A stretch of 63,965 nt of DNA, filler included, from Rhizaria sp. SCN 62-66 (Eukaryota), in NCBI GenBank assembly GCA_001724265.1. It is 3 parts of 3 records of this genome, joined end to end, with 100 filler letters (N's around TTAATTAATTAA, not from the genome) between each part and the next. Parts side by side here need not be neighbours in the genome. Positions count along the whole stretch, not along the records: positions 51,635 to 63,965 come from MEDY01000534.1; 2 more parts are not named here. One strand, written 5' to 3'. This document shows positions 54,102 to 63,965 of this stretch, in pieces; the stretch's first letter is position 1; every line of letters begins with the position of its first letter. The notes beneath the pieces are model-generated. The model searched no databases and had not been told where the DNA came from. It saw only the letters and a list, made by a program, of their open reading frames with translations. Position numbers and translations under genes: made by a program.

Positions 54102-54944
54102 GGGTAAGGTGGCGGGTAACGCGCGGGTGGCAGGCACAGCGAGGTGTGCTGCTGCTGCTTCTTCTTGTGTTACAGCTGGTGCTGCTGTCGAGTTGCTTGA
54201 GAAGATTGATAGAGAGCGAAGAGAGTCTAGATAGAGAAGTCTGCCAGGAAGGAAGATCGATCGTTGGGAAAAAACAAATTTGGATGGTAAATCTCGAGGA
54301 AAAATAAGTACAGAATCTCCACGTATCACTGCTACCGTGCGGATGTACGACGTGTTGGATCAAAGTGAAGTTGTGCTGACTCGCTCTCCGATCCGCTGGA
54401 CCAGCGCTGCCTGTGCCCACCGGCCGGTGCCCCTTGCCGCAGGCCCAGAAAAAGAGGTACAACGCAGTAATGCGTTCATTTCATAAGACAATTGGCAAGT
54501 GTTTCTATATTTCAGTATCTGCTGAATTTGAAAGTTTTATTCGTATCTGTATTGACGATCATCGGCGATCATAGTTTTGATTGCCTTTCATACCAACCCT
54601 CCACACTCCTTGCCTCGTGTGCATTCCCCTCTCACTCGCGCACCTGTCCTGCTCTGTCCTCAGTCCCCTGCCGCGCACCCTCGCGCTCTCTGACAGCTGC
54701 GTGGCTTATTGCTGGCGTTACACCAACATTAAACCCCGCGCGCTCGCGTGTGAGGCCCTCAGAGCACTGCACTAAAAGAGAGCGACGCTCCCTCAGCAGT
54801 TTCTGTTCCCTCCTCTCTCTTTTTTCTCCCCGCTGCTCCCCCAAACAGCAACGCTCCGAACCGCATCAACAGCGGCATTCACTAACCCTAGGTAGTAAAT
54901 CAGCGTAATCCAATAGTTATATTGCGTTTTGTAACTTTTCAAGG

Positions 54945-57900
54945 ATGGTATTCGCGGACGATGACTCCCGCCTCGTCCTCCATCGCGGTCTGCCGCTGCT
55001 TATCGCACTGACCGTCGCGGCCTCCGGCGGCACGCTCGCCATCTCCGTCGCTACCCTCAACGCGTGTCCGACGCTGTCAACATGCGTTATTGCCGTCTCC
55101 TCGCTGCTGCTGGCGGCCTCGCTCGCTTGTGAGCACCTGAGGCACCGGAACAAGAGTCTCCACGACAACGCCAATCTCGTTCTCTGGATCATCTGCGCCG
55201 TGCTGTCCCTTCTCGCGCCGCTCGCCGCGCTCGGCTACGCACTCTACGGCATCTCGCTGCTGGTTGACGCGTCCTCGCTGGACATCCCCGCCGCGGCCGC
55301 CGCGCTTGGGGCTGAGTCGCCGTGCGCACAAGCCCCTCTTTTTCCAGTCGCCATCCTCGCCATCGTGCTCACGGTCATCGCCGCTGTCGTGTACCTGCCC
55401 ACCTCGCTCTGGGTCATCTTCTCGCGCATGGTGTTCATGAAGCCCGCGCTGTGGTGGTCCGACTACGATGCCCACATAAACGACATCCGCTGGGTCCGCT
55501 CGGCTCTTGGTGACCTGGTCCCAGTTCTCGTGCTCCGCTCCGGATTGCAGTCGCAGGTGCGTCCCTCATTAGATATATATATCTTGCTTGTCATTTATAT
55601 ATTATTAACTCAAATTAAACGCGCTGTACAATTACTAAAACGCTGAATTGAAGCTATCGACGTTCATTGAACGCGCTAACGTATGGAAAATGATCTCTTC
55701 GGAACTGGTCGCTCACGTATTCTAACGCGACCTACTGTTGGGTTGTTTCCTTCAACTCCTCGCAGTCGCCCCCCGCGCTGACTTTGCTGTACGCGCACGG
55801 CAACGCGGCGGACCTGGGCGTGATGATCGGCGGCCTCACGCACCTGGCGCGCCACTGCCGCTGCGACGTCGTCGTCTTCGACTACCCGGGCTACGGCCTC
55901 GCCAACCGGTCCGTCCTGACGGAGCAGCGCGTGTATGCGGCCGCCGAGGCCGTGGTGCGCGCGATCCTTACCCCGACCGACAAGTCCGTGCTGCTGCCGC
56001 CCAATGCGCCGCCGCTGGGGCCGAAGCTCGTTCTCTACGGCCGCTCGCTGGGCACCGCTGTGTGCACCTATCTGGCCGCGCTGCTCAGCGACGCTGCCGC
56101 TTACGAGGAGGCGCGGGCGCGCGGCGAGCGGGCCGAGCGGTTTGCGCGCCGCGTCGTGCTCAAACACATCAGGCTCGCGCTTGGCACTTATGCCAATGCC
56201 AACAACAACGCTGCCGCGGACGGCACCGCCGCTGTCGCTACCGGTGCCGCTAACGCCAGCGCGAATGCGAGTGCAGGTGCGGGTGGTGCGAAGCCAGCGA
56301 GCGCGACAGTGCGCATCCCCCCGTTCCACCCGCCGTACCCGCAGCCGCGCTACATCGGCGGGCTGCCCATCCGCTCCCCGCGCGCGCTCATCGGCCTCAT
56401 CCTCGACTCCCCGTTCCTGTCTGTCCTCCGCACAAAGGTCCCCAACGTCTGTCTGGGCCCGCCCGACGAGGGCCGCCGCGCCGCCGCGTCGCGCCCCGCC
56501 GCGAACGGGAAGCCGGCGGGGGCGTCGGCGGGCGGCGTCGAGGAGGACTGGGGCGCCATCGGCCGACAGGGCAGGGAGGCGTGGCGGGCCTATGTCGCCG
56601 CGCTGGACGATAAGTTAAGCCGCATGGCCGTTGAGGCAGTGGCGAAGCAAATGGCGCTTCCGATGCCGCCGCTTGCAAACAACAACAGTAGCATCAACTC
56701 GTCGAACATCGCGAGCGCGAGTGGTGCGGTTGCTGCTGCGGCTGCGAGCCCCAGCAGCAACAGTAACGCGGGTGCGAAGAAGATCTCGATGATCAACTTG
56801 TACGACATCACTCTTCCTTCTAACTTGAACAATAACAGCAACAGCAATAGTAATTCTAGCAACAGCGAGTCCGCGCTCAGCACCCCCTTAGACTGCGGTG
56901 TAAGTACCACGTACGCGCTGGACCCCTTCGGCTTCCCCCCGCTGCCGCTCACGACGCCGCGCCAGCCCACGTCAACCGCGCTCACGGTTACTGCCCCAGC
57001 TCCGGCCTCCCGCGCCGCGACGGCCGCCGCGTCCGCCGCCGCCGCGGGCGCCCTTGCCGCCAGCTCCAGCAGCGCCGGCGGCGGCGCTGCGGCCGGCTCC
57101 GGCAGCGCCGCGGGCAGCGCGGGGTGCTTCGGGCGCGTCTTCAGCTGCGGCCGCCGCGGCGCCAGCGCGAGCGAGGTGTGTCTGAATCGCAAGACGGACA
57201 CTGTCGCCGCGGTGCCCACGGCCACGTGCCGCGTCAGCATCCCCGTCGAGACGCTCACGCGCTGGGGCGCGCCCGCAGCCGGCGGCGGCAAGCAGGCGGC
57301 GGCCGCGGTGGCGGGGTCGGGCACAGCCACGCTCGCGCCGCCCGAGAGCGCTATTATCGGCAACAATAACAACAACAGCAGCAGTAACAGTAATGAGTCG
57401 ACTGAGGCGAAGAGCAGTGGCGCTGACGCCCTTAGCAACAGCGCGGCCCACAGTCAGCAGATGAAGCCTCTGTCGATCATGACGGACGAAGAAGCCGCTG
57501 ACTCGCTTGTCGGCATCAAAGCCAATGCCAACATGAGTGTGGTAAACAACGCGAGCGGCCACAGCGCCAACACCGACGCCAGCACCAGCACCACCCTCAC
57601 CCTCGACCCAGCCGCCGCCGCGGCGGCTGCCGACAGCGACGCCGTCGACACCGAGCTCGTCGGCCCCCACGGCTCTGCCTCGTGCGCGTACGTGCTGAGC
57701 ACGGCCGCGGTGGCGTCGAGCCGACTGCCGCAGTCGTGGCGCTGCGACATGTTCTGCACTGTCGACCGCATCGCGCGCGTGCGCGTGCCCGTGCTCATCT
57801 CGCACGGGCTGCGCGACACGGTCGTCCCGCCGCACCACGCGCGCCGCCTCCACGCGCTGCTGCGGCCCGACTGCGCTTACCCGCCCGCGTGGCTGCCCGA

Positions 57901-59443
57901 CAAGGGCCACAACGACATGCCCAAGTTCTGGATCTACAACGTCGCCGCCGAGCGCGACCCCGGGCAGCGCAGGCTGCTGGAGCAAAAAAACAAGGATAAC
58001 ACCGAGTGCATCTTCGGGCTGCGGCGCTTCCTGAAGCACTGTGTCGCCAAGGGGGAGGCCAAAGATAGGGAGTGGGGCGAGGACGAGGTCGAGGAAGTCC
58101 TTACTAAGTACGGGGTCAGCGTCAGGGAAGAGAGTTTGAGCAACCTCAGCCCTCTGGACAGCGCCTGCAAAACCCCCGTCGACACCAACAACGCAGCCAA
58201 CGCGAACAATGCTAATGCTGCTGTTCCTGCTGCTGAAGGCAAGAAACTCACCGATGCAAACGCAGCCGACAACAGCACTGCGAATGCGACTGGTGCTGGC
58301 GCTGGGTCCACTGCTGTTGTTGTCTGCGGCGGCGAGTTCCGCGGCCCCGTGTCGCCTCTGGTGGCGGCAGAGCAGGCCGCCGAGGCCGCGGCGGCCGCGG
58401 GTGCCGTGACCAGAGGCATGCCGCCGTCGGCCTCGCTCACCCTCACGATGACGCCCTACAACAACTACACGTGCACCACGAGCACGAGCGCTGGCTCCAG
58501 CAGCGTCAACGCCGCCGCCGGCGCTGGCGCTGGAGCCGCCGGTGCGAGAGGTGACAGCAACAACAACTGCAGCAGCAGCGTGAGCAGCGCTAAGAACGCC
58601 GGCGCCGGTGCAGGCACGTGCGGCCACGCTGCGACTGTGAACGTGGGCGGCGGCTTGTCTTTCATCGCGCGCGCGTACGGCGAGGACGGGCGGTCGGACC
58701 TTTACGCGCCGCCCCCGCCTCTCCATAGTACCGGTGCGAACGGCAGCAATGGCGGTCACGGCCACAACGGGTGCAACGACAACGACGTCAACTTGATGAC
58801 GCCTCTGGGCTCGCCTGTGCTGAGTCCGAACCCCACCAACGGCAACAACGGGAGTCTAGGCACTGGCGGTGCGAGCGCCGGCTTTGCGTCGAGCGCTGCT
58901 GTTGTTCCGCTCTCGCTCTCACTGCCGTCTTCCCAGCAGCAGGGCAGCAGTGCCAGCACAGGGGCGAACGCCGCTCCCAGCAGTCACGGCAACGCTGCGG
59001 GGAACAACCTGTCGCTGACGTCGTCCACCGTGTCGCTGCGCAGCATCCCCCTTGCCTTTACCACCACCAACACCGCCAGCAACGCGAGCATTGCGAACAA
59101 CAGCAGCAACAGCACGAGCAACGGCGGCGGTAACACAAACACGGTGACAGTGAACTCTGGCGCGAGCAACATGTCGCGGCCTGTCTCTGCTGTTTCCGTC
59201 TCCGGCGGCGGCAACACCGCTGCCGTCGCTAACAGCAGCGGCACCGGCGGTGGCAACAACTCCGGCCGGGTTGCGCCGAGCGACGTCGTGACAACTGTGA
59301 CGACGGGAACGTCTGGCGCGGCGCACACCCGCAACTCGAGCTCGAGCAACCACAGCAGCATCCTGCTGCCGGTGTCCGTGCCCTCGCCGTCGCCCTCTGC
59401 CGCGAACACAAACGCTAACAACAATAATGCCGAGAATAAGTGA
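54945..59443 (+). CDS. ABHD17-like alpha/beta-hydrolase with N-terminal TM helices and large insertions; exons 54945-55556 and 55766-59443
   Basis: TLLYAHGNAADLG; FDYPGYG; nucleophile LYGRSLG; ILDSPFLSVLR; DMF..VDRI.RVRVPVLISHGLRDTVVP..H; GHNDM. The Ser-Asp-His triad is complete. Phase-0 intron. Stop TGA. Confidence 0.85.
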
Positions 59444-59940
59444 GGTGCTTATTGTGACTTGAAGTGCAGTGGCATGTCTTGAAAGCGTTTGTTTAAGTTT
59501 TCTGTTGACGGTTTTGTATTCTAAAAGTAGAATGATAGATTTTGATGATAGGTTTTGTTATTGTGAAACAAGTTTACTTTAGCTCGTCTCTTTTGTTCAC
59601 TTGTTTCGTTTGTTTCCTTCCTGCACACACCTTCCTGCACACACGTCTTACGCTGTGTGCTTATCCTTTCTGAAATGCCTACTTTTTATCAACTCAATAA
59701 CATAATTATCATTTTCTGTGTGACTTATCTTGATGTGACATACTTAATACAATAGATCAATATAACTTCTTTTTTTTTTACTCGCTGCCATTCGCCACGT
59801 GTTCTGAGCTGTTTTCAAGTTGCATCGACAACACCAAGAGGCTCGATGTTGATCTAAATGCGTGTCATCGTGTTTCTCCGTTGCTAAAGCATCAAAGAAC
59901 ACATCTATAAAGATACTTTATTGCTGTTTTTGATAATCAA

Positions 59941-62900
59941 ATGGCGCTGCTGCGGCTGCTGGTCTACGTCCTCGCTTTGCTCGGGGAAGAAGCAGTCATG
60001 GCAGCGACTTTGATGTTCGGCGCTGCCAATTTCACACACATCCCATTCCACGCATATCCTATGCTTGGGACTCACGTACGTTGAATTCAAGTATAAATTC
60101 TATGCATTTATGTTTTTAAACAAGTCTAACTGACCAGACAATCGTATCTAGCGACAAATCAACTTGAATCTTGACTTGAACAAGTAGCGATCGTCACATT
60201 TCTCATCGCCACTCTTCGAGGCTCTATAATCTCGTGTGTGCTATAGAATACGGCGACAAGTTACTTGCCTGAAAGTTTAATCAACAACTGGGCTAAGACA
60301 CAAACTCTTACAGTGACATCCCAGCTCGATCTTGGTGTGCGAAGCCTCAACCTGCGCCCCTCGCTCGAAAAGTCAGGCCGCTTGCTTTCCCGGCACGGGC
60401 CCGTCCTCGTCCCTGCACCGCTCTCCGAGCTCATCAACGAAGCTGTTGCGTGGGCACGGGAGCATCCGCTTGAGCTCGTCTTGCTGCACATTGCAACGTG
60501 CACAGGTCCCGCCTCGAAGGAAAGCGCCACCAACTCACACGCACGCGACGACGATCACAGCCATGCAGTGATACACTCCTCAAGCGTTGCCACCAGTGCA
60601 GCTGCAATCACCGCCGCGTTCGCTGCACTGCCGACCAACGCCCCGGGCACTGCTGCAACGCGCGCTGTGGCAGTGAGGAGCGCAGTCGCCAGCGCAGAGA
60701 GCGGTGCAGGGCAGTGCTGGGAGCGCACGCGTGCTCTGTTGCTTGCAGCAGGTGTGCTGCAGTTGCCGTATTGCGTGCCAATAACGTCTTCAGTTGCAGA
60801 TGTGTGGCAGGCAGCAACACGGCTGTCTGCGCACCACAAAGGAGCTGTGGTTGCAGTTGAAAAACACTGCGTTGAGGTGCGTTCCATAAAAGTGGAAGAA
60901 AAGCTACTTTGTATATTGTGTTATCGTAAAATCTAATTGTATTTCTGCGTGTTTGTTTTGTTGTTAAGTTATGACAGGAAAACTGGGATCCAACTGTAGA
61001 ATGCTCGGGTGTTAGTACTTTTAACGAAGACCACGCCGACGATAGCAGCGACTCTGACTCTGACGCAAATAGCGCAAACAGTGGCGCAAACGCAGTGCTG
61101 CGCGGGCTCGCTTCGGCTGGACGCGGATTAACATCCGCAGCAGCGCATACACGTGCTGCAGTCACCGCGGCTGGCGCAGGTATAAGCAACCTATTCCGCC
61201 GTGGGCGCCATGAAGGTGATAGTGCCGAGACTGGTGACAACGGAGCAAGGCAACCGCCGTCACCGCCTCCGATGCCGTTAACAATGACAGATAGTTCCGA
61301 TTCAGAATTAGCAAGTGAGGCACCACCATCGCCGTTGCCGTCTCTGACGCTTTCGTCATCAGTCCCCTCATCTTCGCAATCCCTACTGTTCGTCCCACAG
61401 ACAATATTGCGACGACGTTCTCAGTCGGCATTGTCACGCACGCCGCCGGCTATGCGTCTGCAAGCATGTAATCCCGGCTCTCACCCTCATATTGTCACAG
61501 CAACCTCTATGCCTACACAAAACACTGGCAATGCAAACAGTCTTTCTTTTGGTGCTGCAAGCGCAATCTCTGCCTCAGCAGCCGCTGGTGCAATGCTGCA
61601 CTTAGGGCCCGCCTCTGGGTCAATTCCGGCGTTGCCGCCAGCAGCAACATCGCCTCCATTATTATTGCCAACCGCCGCAGCTCCACTACCGGCAAGTACT
61701 TCATTGGAATCTGTTGCGCTAACATCAGTTGCAGCTTTACTTGCAACAAGGATGTCGCCGTTGCCGTCACTACCATTACTGCCGACATCCGTGCCAATAG
61801 CATCGAGAGCAGCAACAGAAACTGAAACAGCACCTCGCACTGTATCAACATCAGATGAAACTGTGGCAATAAACAAACCGGAAGTCGCGGGTAGAGTGCC
61901 GCTCGCGTTTGTTGCACACGAAATCGCCGACGCGACGAGTCGCAACGACAATATTACAGCTGGTGTTGCGAGTACTCCTAAAGATATCGTTATTGTCGCC
62001 ACAGAAGGAATTACGGACATCCCTACCCCATTAATTCCATCGTTAAGGTCTGCAACAGCAACAAGCCCTATTTCCTCAAATGACAATGGAAGCTTTAGTC
62101 CGAGGTCAAGTCCAAGCTCTGGTTCATCCATCTCCTCCGATCCGGACAGCTGGCCGCAAGACACCCGCTTTGGGGAGTTTTGCTGTTACGACACAGTCAG
62201 GGCGGCGCGGCTGGAGCCGTGGCGCCGCTACTATAGCTACTGGAACGCGCTTGGAGAAGGAGGCAGGCGTGTACCGTTAATCTTGACTAATCCTCTTGAA
62301 GCAACAAAAATAGCACGTGAGCAACTTGCACCTACAGCAAGTGAGGCTGGAAATAGTAGCAACCTCGGCAATAGCAACGAAGGTGTCAATGCGCGGAGTG
62401 TGGGCACATATGCACGTGATATTATTGTTGTGACAAACGCTGATGTTGGGAATCGTGGACGATTTGTTACCAGGGACAGGTCTAATGCAGGTACCAATTC
62501 GAATCGGCATACTGTTCGAGGCAGGTTTGTCTGGCAGCACCCCTCACAACGACTCCAGGCAACAGCGATTGAAGTGACAACAACAGAAGCAGTACCGCCA
62601 ACGCGAGTAAACGCAAGTACAGCCACAGATAGTTCAGAAAGATTCACAACACTTGCAATTACAGTGTCTCCAGCTGTACATCGCATTCGTTCTATTCTTT
62701 TACCAGATATCGCAGGCGCATCTGACATAAATCAAGTCACATCGCATGCCAAACTGGGTCTTGTCAGACAATCACTTCCACTGTGGTTTGTGACACTGCT
62801 GTATCCTCTACAGCTAACAGCAGCGCCAGGGCAACGCGATCACAGTCTAAGCACGCTTGCTGATGTCAAGAACTTTGTCGAAGATGTCATTACCCCCCGC

Positions 62901-63725
62901 TCACTGGCGCGCCCTATCTCTGAAAGTGCAGACTTAACAAACACCTTTATTTTAGTCTCAAATAGTATAAATAGGACAAGCAATGGAACTGAGTCATCTA
63001 TAGGTGTGAGCTCGGCAATTCGAAGCAACGACAGTGGCGAAAACAAGGAGACAGAGGATGACATTGCAAGAGCGATAGCCAAAGCAAAAGCCAAGGCAAA
63101 CGGGCGTCGCCTTGTTATGTCACAAGGTCACTGGCAGTACTCTACTACGAGTGTTGTGCTGGGAACACTGCGGCAATCATCAATCGTAAAAGATCAACGG
63201 CGCAGCGGCTTGAATAAAGTGCTTGCTGACAAGCTAGATCGTGCAACGCGCGCTGCAGAGGAAGCAGTGGAAGTTAGCAAGACATATGGTATTGTTTCAG
63301 TGGCTGCAAGCAACAGCGGTAGTGGTGGAATAACTCCGGGCACGAGTGATGTTCGTGTTAAGTGGGATGGGGGGGGGGGATTTGGCAGTGCTGGTTGGGT
63401 TACCGTTGATGATGTCGAGAGTAACGGCTCTGATGTTGCAGTCGCACTCCTCAAGAGGGCTGAGCTGTTGCAGAAACGGGGTCTTGCAATGCTGCCAAAG
63501 GAATACTTACTTGAACAAGAAAATATTGTTCCGAGTCACAATGCAACAGAAAACAATGATAAAAACGATTACGGGCGTGACAGCAGCAGTGATAGCAATC
63601 GCGTCAGTGACCGCGCCCGCACACCCAGCAGCAGTCTCGCTATGACTACGACGCAAGATGATCTCCGTGTCAGAGGTGTTTTCCAGAGTAATGAATGGCC
63701 CAAGAGCGGCATAATTATAATCTAA
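59941..63725 (+). CDS. PI-PLC X-domain-like phosphodiesterase with possible signal peptide and large insertions; exons 59941-60075, 60247-60876, 60978-63725
   Basis: Spliced product reads MLGTH|NTATSY...WAKTQ..TVTSQLDLGVRSLNLRP...HG...EHPLELVLL, the PI-PLC-X/PLCXD pattern. Two phase-0 GT-AG introns join the frames. Stop TAA. Confidence 0.72.
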
Positions 63726-63965
63726 TCAATGTTTTGTTGCACACGCTGTGTCTGGAAACATTCTTGTGATCGCATTACAAAACGAAATCGGTTAATATAG
63801 TGACGCATGCAACTTGTTATACACAGCGGGTCTTGGTATATAATATGTTGTCATTGTATTGAATAAAAATACCCCTGATGTAGAGGTTTATGAAAAACGC
63901 AAAAACGCGCCTGGAAGGGGCGGTTTTAAATATCCATACAACTTTGCCAAACATCCGTTAAATGA

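Noticed and set aside
1501-59424. Hundreds of overlapping ORFs, some long (17535-19535-, 26348-28147+, 31190-32761-, 56972-58765-)
   Set aside because: Expected stop-poor shadows of GC-rich, codon-biased genes; Arg/Ala-rich with no domains.
10765-59643. Short direct duplications at ~10765, ~25264 and ~59616
   Set aside because: Isolated 13-16-bp slippage duplications with no element between them.
1-63965. CRISPR array, prophage, transposase, rRNA or tRNA genes
   Set aside because: No repeat-spacer array, mobile-element domain or cloverleaf recognised by eye; small ncRNAs cannot be excluded without Infernal or tRNAscan-SE.

Overview
Nuclear DNA of a eukaryote, most likely a heterotrophic protist; the lineage cannot be assigned from this window. 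Coding regions are GC-rich and Ala-rich, intergenic DNA is AT-rich, and introns are short GT-AG. The window is three separate contigs (1-26223, 26324-51534, 51635-63965) joined by artificial 100-nt N/TTAATTAATTAA/N linkers. About 16 protein genes are supportable: a polyQ orphan (partial), an LtrA-family membrane protein, peroxisomal enoyl-CoA hydratase 2, mitochondrial HslU/ClpY, a secreted PHB-depolymerase-like esterase, DOHH, a 1675-aa orphan, CTU2, a partial membrane protein, a partial eIF4G-like MIF4G protein, a ~1300-aa orphan, a ~4630-aa TSP1/EGF surface protein, a telomere-truncated gene, an APMAP/strictosidine-synthase-like protein, an ABHD17-like hydrolase and a PI-PLC-X-like protein. 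The most notable signal is a candidate variant genetic code. All 14 gene ends I could read are TAA (8) or TGA (6), never TAG, while three TAG codons sit in frame inside otherwise continuous reading frames (29856, 50918, 50396). This suggests UAG may be a rare sense codon while UAA stays stop; it is a hypothesis, and nonsense mutation is not excluded. Also notable: a (TTATTAGGG)n telomere fused directly into a coding region, and GTRCG at all nine intron donors.
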